The notes under the pieces are model-generated. The model saw only the letters and a list, made by a program, of their open reading frames with translations, did no database searches and was not told the DNA's origin. The position numbers and the translations under genes were made by a program. A stretch of 34,323 bases of DNA from Candidatus Poseidoniaceae archaeon (GTDB lineage Archaea > Thermoplasmatota > Poseidoniia > Poseidoniales > Poseidoniaceae): positions 1 to 34,323 of the forward strand of contig CAXRJY010000218.1 in the NCBI GenBank assembly GCA_964230915.1. Reading direction: 5' to 3'. Positions 25,421-32,653 of this stretch are shown here, one piece after another. Numbering within the stretch: position 1 is the stretch's first letter; each line of letters opens with the position of its first letter.

Positions 25421-26071
25421 TCATGACGCCTTATCGAGCATCCTTTCTACTATACGCGAAACCAATTCAGGCCCTTGAGGATGGTTTGTAATGAATTCAC
25501 GTTGTTTCGAGGAGAGATTGTTCTGACCGTCTCTCCTATTGCACACATTGAGTACCAGTATTGCAAGATGATGATGGATGATGGAAGTATTGCTCCATTT
25601 GAGAAATGTATCATCACTAGGACATTTTTCCCCAGATCTAGAAATTTCTTCTATCACTTCCAATAGTGCTTCCAATGGCTCTACTGTGCCGATGATATTT
25701 GCCAACTCTTCCCATGGCCCCCCATCCAAGATATCAGAATTCAAATTTGCCAAAATCAATCCTGCAATCCGCAGGTCCTCTCTTCCATGCCTGTTCCAAG
25801 CAGCACGCGCCAGATTGAGTAGGATATCATGTTTCATTCCAGCCGTAGTGAACAACCATGATGCAAGGCGACGCAATTCTGGTTCGGGAGTTCCATAATG
25901 GAATTTTACACCAGATGCCTGCTCCAACCTATCCGTCATCGATTTGGCAATCAGGCCAGGTACTGAGATAGAATATGCCTCTTCAAGTAATGACAGAGCC
26001 TTCTTCTTGTTCTTCAATAATGAGATGTCATATTCAGACAATAAATCGTCTAATGGATCGCTGGAAGCCAT
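25421..26071 (-). CDS. Hypothetical alpha-helical (HEAT-like) protein, possibly of the DNA-alkylation-repair (AlkD-like) fold
   Basis: 216 aa and all-helical in character. 'GTPEPELRRLASWL', 'AAWNRHGREDLRIAGLILANL' and 'FLKWSNTSIIHHHLAILVL' loosely resemble the repeated W/R blocks of the DNA_alkylation family. This is weak and from memory. Confidence 0.5.
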   Translation of the reverse strand: MASSDPLDDLLSEYDISLLKNKKKALSLLEEAYSISVPGLIAKSMTDRLEQASGVKFHYGTPEPELRRLASWLFTTAGMKHDILLNLARAAWNRHGREDLRIAGLILANLNSDILDGGPWEELANIIGTVEPLEALLEVIEEISRSGEKCPSDDTFLKWSNTSIIHHHLAILVLNVCNRRDGQNNLSSKQREFITNHPQGPELVSRIVERMLDKAS

Positions 26072-26080
26072 CCTCCTCCC

Positions 26081-26557
26081 TCATTCATTGACTTTCTTTG
26101 TTCGAACTGAATCAAACAACCCACCAACAATAGTTACAGAATCCTTCAAAGCATGCAACATCTTATCCACAACACCTTCCTCAAATTTCTCTTCTACTGA
26201 GCGTTTGATGTTGGCCAATACAACCTTATCTTCTTCATCTGAAATATCGAAGAGGTTCTTGACAAAACGAATAACTCGCCATTCATCTTGCGATAATGAC
26301 TCATTCAACAATGCTACTTCATAGAGATTCTCGTATACAATCAACTGTTTCTTACGGTTGATATTTTTCCCACCTTCTACAGTGGTTTTCTCAGTTATTG
26401 CTTGATAGGCCTTGGCTGGCTCTTTAGAATCCAATTCCAATAGGCTGGCAAGTTTGATTATCAACCGCTTTTCTTCTCTAGTCAAAATTCCATCTATCAA
26501 CATCACTTCAACAGTGCCCTTGAACACCTCTAGAGTATTGACTTCTGACCCAGCCAC
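26081..26557 (-). CDS. TerB-like (tellurite-resistance TerB / DjlA N-terminal type) domain protein
   Basis: GTG start. There are two helical hairpin units, 'VMLIDGILTREEKRLIIKLASLLELDSKE' and 'LLNESLSQDEWRVIRFVKNLFDISDEE', of the aDG-x-hxxxE type seen in TerB-family domains. The assignment is tentative. Confidence 0.5.
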   Translation of the reverse strand: MAGSEVNTLEVFKGTVEVMLIDGILTREEKRLIIKLASLLELDSKEPAKAYQAITEKTTVEGGKNINRKKQLIVYENLYEVALLNESLSQDEWRVIRFVKNLFDISDEEDKVVLANIKRSVEEKFEEGVVDKMLHALKDSVTIVGGLFDSVRTKKVNE

Positions 26558-26784
26558 ATAAAGCGCAGTGAGTTACACCTCTTCAGACCTTTGACGATGA
26601 AAATAGAAGTTTCAAACCGATTTCAATGATGAGATACATTGCAAGCCTTCAAGAACACCAGTGGAGTGGACAATCTGAACCAAAGGGTTCACTTCCCACT
26701 CACTCCGCCCTTTTTGGGCGTGCTTCAGAGCGGCTTCCCATCATTTGGGAAGGGGCGGTTGGAAAGTGTTCATAGCGTTCAAAA

Positions 26785-26789
26785 GGAGG
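26785..26789 (+). promoter_or_regulatory. Shine-Dalgarno site (GGAGG) for dnaG
   Basis: aaaaGGAGGaagaacaATG: GGAGG lies 7 nt upstream of ATG 26797. This supports 26797 over the internal Met at 26833. Confidence 0.55.
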
Positions 26790-26796
26790 AAGAACA

Positions 26797-27987
26797 ATGG
26801 GAAAAGGTCAACATAACAAATCAGGCAAGGCGATGAAATATCTCGTCATTGCATCATTGAAAATAGATGGAACAGTTCAACGTAAAGACGTGATTGGTGC
26901 AATCATGGGACAGACCGAAGGTCTACTTGGAGATGAATTGGAATTAAGGAAATTGCAACGAACTGCAAGAGTGGGTCACGTTGATGTGGAAATGGAATCA
27001 AACAAAGGAAAGATGTCAGGGACAATTACAATTCCGAGCAGTATGGATAATGTCGAAACAGCAATCATCGGCTCTGCATTAGAAACGATAGATAGAATTG
27101 GTCCATGTAAAGCGATCATCAAGGTTTCTGAGATACAGGATGTTCGTAAGACAAAGCGTAACAGTGTCGTAGACAGGGCCAAGGAATTGCTCCTTGATCT
27201 GGTCGCTAGTGGAGAAGCAGCAAGCAAGACGGTCATTGAAGAGGTTCGCAGTGTTTTAACAACTCAAAAATTGACAGTATTCCATGGATTGACCTGTGGC
27301 CCCAATATCGAGTCATCAGATTCATTGATTGTCATGGAAGGTCGAAATGATGTTGCTAATGTCATTAATTTCGGGATAAAGAATGCAATAGCGTGTGATG
27401 GTGCGGGAAACATGAAGCAAGAACTCATCGACCTAGCAAATAGCAAAGGCACAGTGATTGCTGCTATTGATGGTGATAGAGGTGGAGAAATGTTGCTTAG
27501 AGAACTTCATGGACAGATGAAGGTGGACTTCGTAGCCCAGGCTCCTGTAGGTCAGGAATGGGAATTATTGCCACAAAAGACTGTAACCAAATGCCTATCG
27601 ATGAAGGTACCAGTAGCGAAAGTAATTGCCCGTCTTGAAAAGTCTGACGATGAAGGCGCTCCTGAAGCATCATCTACTGATGAAGCAGCAGAAGTTCCTG
27701 AATCCGTTGTTGAATTGGCAGAACACCTAGAAGGCTTGGAAAATAATCAAGCAGTATTGGTCTATGTCGATGGCTCAAAGTCAGAACCGATAGGTCCTAG
27801 AAAACTTGAGTCTGAAGCTAATGGAGCCGACGGAGCAGTTGCAATCGTAGTGAATGGGCCGCTCAGTAAGAGAACCCTTGAAATTGCTAGCGAAGCAGCA
27901 ATCCAAACAATTCTTGGAACTGGTGAAGGTAAAGGTTACAAGAAAATTGGCGATGTAGATTCGTGGGTCACTGCAGATTTTCAATGA
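26797..27987 (+). CDS. dnaG: Archaeal DnaG-type primase / exosome-associated Toprim protein
   Basis: 'KYLVIASLKIDGTVQRKDVIGAIMGQTEGLLGDELELRKLQRTARVGHVDV', 'IPSSMDNVETAIIGSALETIDRIGPCKA' and 'DVRKTKRNSVVDRAKELL' match the archaeal DnaG N-terminal domain. The Toprim motifs are 'LIVMEGRNDVANV' (Glu) and 'IAAIDGDRGGEMLLREL' (DxD). Confidence 0.9.
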   Translation: MGKGQHNKSGKAMKYLVIASLKIDGTVQRKDVIGAIMGQTEGLLGDELELRKLQRTARVGHVDVEMESNKGKMSGTITIPSSMDNVETAIIGSALETIDRIGPCKAIIKVSEIQDVRKTKRNSVVDRAKELLLDLVASGEAASKTVIEEVRSVLTTQKLTVFHGLTCGPNIESSDSLIVMEGRNDVANVINFGIKNAIACDGAGNMKQELIDLANSKGTVIAAIDGDRGGEMLLRELHGQMKVDFVAQAPVGQEWELLPQKTVTKCLSMKVPVAKVIARLEKSDDEGAPEASSTDEAAEVPESVVELAEHLEGLENNQAVLVYVDGSKSEPIGPRKLESEANGADGAVAIVVNGPLSKRTLEIASEAAIQTILGTGEGKGYKKIGDVDSWVTADFQ

Positions 27988-27990
27988 GTA

Positions 27991-27997
27991 GGAGGTG
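27991..27997 (+). promoter_or_regulatory. Shine-Dalgarno site (GGAGGTG) for the downstream membrane-protein gene
   Basis: gtaGGAGGTGctagATG: the site lies 4 nt upstream of ATG 28002 and directly after the dnaG stop. Confidence 0.55.
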
Positions 27998-28001
27998 CTA
28001 G

Positions 28002-28502
28002 ATGCTGACCCAAGCGGCGGTTATTTTTCTCTTCATTCTTGGAGTGGGGCTTTGGTTATCAGCGATATTTGGATTCGGCATCATTGCTGCACCAATCATA
28101 CATAGAAATCTTGAATCAGATGTAGCCGGAAAACTGGCAGGTCGAATGGTAGAACGAGCCCACCTTGTAGGATGGTATGGAGGAATACTTTGCCTCTTTT
28201 CGATAATCATTTACTCATTATATGTTTCAGATGGACCCGCAGGTTCCGACTTCTTACTTTGGAGCCTGCCATCCATTCTCGCAACCAGCATATGGTGGGT
28301 ATCTTGGAAGAAGGTAGCACCTGAAGCAGAATCATTGAGAATGGCTCTTTCAATCACTATGTCATCTGATGTAGAGGACGAAGGTGTGGCTGAAGCACAG
28401 AAACTGTTCACGAAGATTCACATGATGAGCGTGAATATGTGGAAAGCCTGCTCAATATTGATATTGGTCAGTTTGATTGGATTTTCATTATTGACGACGT
28501 GA
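28002..28502 (+). CDS. Four-helix membrane protein, DUF4149-like
   Basis: 'AVIFLFILGVGLWLSAIFGFGIIAAPIIHRNLESDVAGKLAGRMVERAHLVGWYGGILCL' resembles the DUF4149 (TMEM205-like) N-terminal pattern, and further TM helices follow. Family assignment is from memory. Confidence 0.55.
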   Translation: MLTQAAVIFLFILGVGLWLSAIFGFGIIAAPIIHRNLESDVAGKLAGRMVERAHLVGWYGGILCLFSIIIYSLYVSDGPAGSDFLLWSLPSILATSIWWVSWKKVAPEAESLRMALSITMSSDVEDEGVAEAQKLFTKIHMMSVNMWKACSILILVSLIGFSLLTT

Positions 28503-28533
28503 ATATCATAGGCGTAAACCTTCACGACGGCGT

Positions 28534-29793
28534 GTGCAACCCGCGCCAGAAGAAACACCTGCCCCTCAACCAGTGGCAGCGATACAAGTCCATTCCACAA
28601 TAGAGACTTTTGAACCAGTCAAAGTTTCTGAACACGTTGAAGGCGATTTCAAAGAGTATCTTTTACGTAGAACCAAGGATGGAAACAGGGCACTTTCATT
28701 ATTGGCAGATGAAGAATTGATACATATCATTGAAGCAAACCGAGACAAGGCCGGAACAATTTCCACTCAAGAGAAATTCATGGTTAAGAAGGAAGCAATT
28801 CTAGGTATTTCTCACAACAAATTCGATTGGCTAGACCGTTTCAAACTAGGTTGGTGGTCAATGTTTGCAGGGGGTTTGACTCTCAGCATTCTCGGTATTT
28901 CAAGTGGCTCAACTTTGCTTCTTGCAGGACTGTTCTTTTCGTGCTGGCAATTTGCAGACCCAGAGATGATCACGCTGGAAACAACCACTGGGCGACGTCG
29001 ATTGATGTTGAATCGTATGGGCTCGGATAGAGAATTGATGGGGTGTAGCATGAATCATTTCTCTTCAACAATGAAGGAGTTACTAACCTCTGGTGAACTG
29101 AACACATCAAATTTCGAAGCATCAATTGAGACCTTGATGCTTGAGCGTGCAGCTCAATTACAGGCAGCGGCCGAACAAGCAGCGGACCTACCTCTGCCCA
29201 CCCCTGCAACATCAGCCCAACCAGTTATGGCAGCATCAGCGGAATTGCCAGCCCCTGCACCTCTCGGAGAACAACCAGCCCCAACTCAAATGGATGCCTC
29301 ACCCCTAACAACCCCTTCTCCAAATCCGGTGGCTGAGGTCGAGTCTACTGAAGTTCCACAACAAGAATCTCAAGAACAGGAATCAAGTGATTGGGGAGAT
29401 GCTACTGAATGGGCAGACTCTACTCCCGAAGAATTACCAGAACCCGCTCCACCACCAGAACTTGGTGAACCAGCTCCTCCAGCAGAACTACCAGAACCCG
29501 CTCCTCCAGCAGAACTGCCAGAGCCAGCCCCACCACCTGAGTTATCTCCACCGCCAGCTCCAGCCCCACCACCCGGGCTTGCACCGTTACCGGCACCTAC
29601 TCCGCCATTACCAATACCACCACCAGGATTGGCCCTTCCTCCAATCCCACCTCTGCCATCAATCGACCCATTGTTGATGAATCCCGATGCACCAATGCCT
29701 CCACCTCCAGAAACAGTAGTTGCAGGCTCACCAAGGGAAGATAGAATGTCCATGGATGAGAAGGACGATCTTCTTTCTATGCTCGATGATTGA
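28534..29793 (+). CDS. Membrane-hairpin protein with long polyproline (FH1-like) C-terminal region and acidic C-terminus
   Basis: GTG start, which is uncertain. A ~100-aa soluble N-terminus is followed by two adjacent TM helices, 'GWWSMFAGGLTLSILGI' and 'TLLLAGLFFSCWQF'. Next come A/P/Q-rich and ELPEPAPPA repeats, then 'PPPGLAPLPAPTPPLPIPPPGLALPPIPPLP'. The protein ends 'MDEKDDLLSMLDD'. Confidence 0.6.
   Translation: MQPAPEETPAPQPVAAIQVHSTIETFEPVKVSEHVEGDFKEYLLRRTKDGNRALSLLADEELIHIIEANRDKAGTISTQEKFMVKKEAILGISHNKFDWLDRFKLGWWSMFAGGLTLSILGISSGSTLLLAGLFFSCWQFADPEMITLETTTGRRRLMLNRMGSDRELMGCSMNHFSSTMKELLTSGELNTSNFEASIETLMLERAAQLQAAAEQAADLPLPTPATSAQPVMAASAELPAPAPLGEQPAPTQMDASPLTTPSPNPVAEVESTEVPQQESQEQESSDWGDATEWADSTPEELPEPAPPPELGEPAPPAELPEPAPPAELPEPAPPPELSPPPAPAPPPGLAPLPAPTPPLPIPPPGLALPPIPPLPSIDPLLMNPDAPMPPPPETVVAGSPREDRMSMDEKDDLLSMLDD
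29431..29565 (+). repeat. In-frame 27-nt tandem repeat (about 5 copies) encoding E-L-P-E-P-A-P-P-A/P
   Basis: Units are at 29431 (ELPEPAPPP), 29458 (ELGEPAPPA), 29485 (ELPEPAPPA), 29512 (ELPEPAPPP) and 29539 (ELSPPPAPA, degenerate). Confidence 0.85.
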
Positions 29794-32625
29794 TCATAGT
29801 GCCTTGATGCCGGTTGTACTGCCAAGGTTTGAGAATTTGCTGAGTTTTGCTACTTCAGTTGCTAACTCATTCAATTCATCAGCAGCTGGTAATTGATAAT
29901 CATCTTGTTCCAATGGTAAGGCCACACCAGGCCCTGGGATTCTTTTCAGTGCTTTACCCAAATTCCAAGAATTCTGCAACAGCCCTTCACCAACCTTGTC
30001 ATTTCTACTTCTGAGTCTTAGTGCGGCCCATTCATTCAGATTATCTGCACACCCAGCGAGCATCGATATCATTCCAGCTCTCTTACGAAGATCATCATCG
30101 ACTTCACGTGGAATCAAACGTAATGCTAATTTCAATAATCTATCTACTCGAGAGTCTCTAGGCGTTATTCCAACCTTTGAAGCAATGGCAAATCTGACTC
30201 GCTCAATTTCATCTGAACCAAGAATTCCTTTTACACCCAGTACACCTAATGATGCCAATAAGCGATTCAATGGGATACGTAATGTTTCAAAATCATCAGA
30301 TGTTTCAGAAGCCACTTCAATCAATTCTTCTTCGACTTGAGGGGAGAACACAGATTCTTCCGGCTCCATTAAAACAGCCTCCGGCTCATCATATTCATGC
30401 GCTTCAATCATTATTTCTTCATCGGGAATATATTCTTCAAGAATCGAATCTTCTTCATGTTCTTGAATCGGTTCAGAAACTGGTTCGGTAATAGCAATCT
30501 TGGATTCACTGATATCGATCTCTTCATCCATTCCAAAACTGTACATTTCTTCAATCGAAGCGTGGAGTACTTCGACATCTTGATCGTTGAGTTCAGATGC
30601 CATGAATTCGCCACCTTCAACCCTTTCTGGTTTCCATAATGATGTGCTTCCACGTTCCCCACCAGCTTCCATGGCTGCCCTTGCAGCGAATTCTGGAATT
30701 GATGAACGTAGAGAGGAGATCAATTCAGGCCGTCGTAACATCCGTTCAATCTCATTCTTGGTACTTGGAGCAGCTCGAAGTGGTAAGCGTTCCAATCTTC
30801 TAGTCAAATCGTTTATCTCAGCCATATCTGCTCTAATTCCTTCTATCATTCGACCCAATGTCAATGGCTCGTTCTCAAGCAATTTTTCCAAACCTGAAAC
30901 ATCCCAACTCATAGTTTTCCATGAATTCAATTCATTTCGAAGAGCGGTGATAGGCAAACGTTCCGCCTCACGTTCCTTGGCTGTTGTGGATAGCCCAACA
31001 CCCATGGTTGCTGAGTGCACAAGGTTCTCAAGGTCTTTCAATTTCATTTTCCCATCAAGAGCAACCTCCTGCAGTTGCCCCTTTGCGATTAACTCCTTGA
31101 CATCATTCGCTAGAAGACGCCGATGCCTTTTGTTCCTAATTCCCTTTGCGTAGAGGAATTCTTCAACATCTTCAAAGAGACTAGTTTCAATTTTTGACGC
31201 CTGCAATTCGATAATGTATTCTTCTACTTCTTTCATCCCAGTCAAAGAAGTATCAAGTTCTTCCAATCTTCTTATCAGATCCAAAGCAGATTTCAGGGTT
31301 GGTAGATATTCCTGCCATTTGACCATCGCTTCGACTGGAGAATTCTGGAACCGATTTCTCCATACAGACATTTCAAATCCAAGTTCAGACCAACTCGAGA
31401 CCTGTTCTTCTGCTTGAATTTGTATTTCCTTCAAACGCTCTTCAGATTCTGCTAGAGCGCCTTTGAGCACATCTGTCCTGGTCAAGTCTCCTCCAACGTC
31501 GTACAGAACCTCTCCAAGGTCAGACCAAAGTTCAGCAACAGAGGATGCAGCACCAACCAATTCATCATGAACAACAGCTCTTTCTTCAAGGCCATCAATC
31601 ATGACTTCCATCTGCAATAGTTCCTTCTTGTTCATACTCACCTCAGGGGGCAGGATGAATCCCGCATTCGAAAGATCTCTCAGTCTGTTAACAATTTTGA
31701 GATGCCTGACATCGAGTTCAGTAGCAGTGGCATTCACTTCGACAGAGAATGCAATAATTTCTTCTTCATTATCAATATCTAAAGAAACAAGGCGTTCTTC
31801 AAAGGAAGTTGCTCGTCCAAGGTCGTAAGGTGTAATTCCTACCGCAATATCATTCTTTATGGCCGCATATTTTTCAGCCAATACTTCGAGTCTAGATATC
31901 CGTTCGTATGCATCTGATAGTTCAAGTCCCATGACGCCTTCAGCATCAACTCCTTTCTCATGTAGTGATACAACCATCTTCTCAAGATTATCCCACCTTA
32001 GGTCCTGACTCACTTCCAAACGTTCAATCTCTCCATTCAATTTCTCATGCAGTCGAGGTTCTTGGAACAATTCACCAAGCATCGATCCCTTTGCAACAAA
32101 AACAGGGTCTAGCGCATCAAGTCGTGACACCATTTCTTGTAAATTCTCGAGCATCCCCAAACCTTCCCATCTCCTTTCAGCAACCTTCGCATCGATGGCC
32201 CATGGTCTGTTTCTTAGATTGAAGCGGCTATATTCTTCTTGCACCATTTCTACATTGTATGGTTCATCCAACATGTCCAGCCAAGAAATTGCCTTCTCAG
32301 CATGTCTTTCATTCATCGAGATGATTTCTCTTCGCAACCCTTCTGCGATTGCGATGTTCTTCTCGATGATGATTATGATTTCACTCCCCTGATTGGGGTT
32401 CAAACGCAGGTTCTCTTCTATCGTAGTAGTCTGATACCCCATCGAACTCCACTCAGAGATTCTATCCAGCCACCATTCAGGTCGGTCAGAATCATCTGTC
32501 ATGCGGGAATCCCTCGTGTAGTCCGATAATTGGGTAGGGCTTCTTCTTGTCGGCTCTTTTCCTCTTGGAAATCCAATAGGGGTGCGATAATCGCCCTCCG
32601 ACCGTAGGTCGGATGCGGAGTTCAT
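29794..32625 (-). CDS. Very large coiled-coil protein with repeated Trp/Gly-marked helical modules, function unknown
   Basis: One long uninterrupted ORF, heptad-rich and E/L/R/K-rich throughout. It has recurring modules: 'ISEWSSMGYQTTTIEENL', 'RRWEGLGMLENLQEMV', 'ELWSDLGEVLYDV', 'VSSWSELGFEMSVW' and 'LNSWKTMSWDVSGLEKLLENEP'. An acidic segment (EEDSILEEYIPDEE...) precedes a distinct C-terminal domain. I chose Met40 (32625) because the 32742 start overlaps the divergent TPR gene. ATG 32502 (MTDDSDRPEWW), preceded by GAGGG, is an equally plausible start. Confidence 0.7.
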   Translation of the reverse strand: MNSASDLRSEGDYRTPIGFPRGKEPTRRSPTQLSDYTRDSRMTDDSDRPEWWLDRISEWSSMGYQTTTIEENLRLNPNQGSEIIIIIEKNIAIAEGLRREIISMNERHAEKAISWLDMLDEPYNVEMVQEEYSRFNLRNRPWAIDAKVAERRWEGLGMLENLQEMVSRLDALDPVFVAKGSMLGELFQEPRLHEKLNGEIERLEVSQDLRWDNLEKMVVSLHEKGVDAEGVMGLELSDAYERISRLEVLAEKYAAIKNDIAVGITPYDLGRATSFEERLVSLDIDNEEEIIAFSVEVNATATELDVRHLKIVNRLRDLSNAGFILPPEVSMNKKELLQMEVMIDGLEERAVVHDELVGAASSVAELWSDLGEVLYDVGGDLTRTDVLKGALAESEERLKEIQIQAEEQVSSWSELGFEMSVWRNRFQNSPVEAMVKWQEYLPTLKSALDLIRRLEELDTSLTGMKEVEEYIIELQASKIETSLFEDVEEFLYAKGIRNKRHRRLLANDVKELIAKGQLQEVALDGKMKLKDLENLVHSATMGVGLSTTAKEREAERLPITALRNELNSWKTMSWDVSGLEKLLENEPLTLGRMIEGIRADMAEINDLTRRLERLPLRAAPSTKNEIERMLRRPELISSLRSSIPEFAARAAMEAGGERGSTSLWKPERVEGGEFMASELNDQDVEVLHASIEEMYSFGMDEEIDISESKIAITEPVSEPIQEHEEDSILEEYIPDEEIMIEAHEYDEPEAVLMEPEESVFSPQVEEELIEVASETSDDFETLRIPLNRLLASLGVLGVKGILGSDEIERVRFAIASKVGITPRDSRVDRLLKLALRLIPREVDDDLRKRAGMISMLAGCADNLNEWAALRLRSRNDKVGEGLLQNSWNLGKALKRIPGPGVALPLEQDDYQLPAADELNELATEVAKLSKFSNLGSTTGIKAL

Positions 32626-32653
32626 AAAACCGCCAGTGGTCGCATGGCACTCG

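Noticed and set aside
26626-26678. Possible C/D-box sRNA: ATGATGA (26626-26632) followed 42 nt later by CTGA (26675-26678).
   Set aside because: There are no convincing internal D'/C' boxes (GCCT and TCAAGA at the expected place). The second guide would be ~20 nt rather than ~12. No terminal stem flanks the boxes.
26639-26836. 65-aa ORF in the dnaG upstream region.
   Set aside because: There is no ribosome site, the composition is odd, and it runs across the strong GGAGG/ATG of dnaG in another frame. The region is better explained as a structured leader.
29370-29825. 151-aa Gly-rich ORF antisense to the polyproline gene.
   Set aside because: It is the mirror image of CCN-rich proline codons (GGN on the other strand). 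It also spans the stop-to-stop junction of two well-supported genes.
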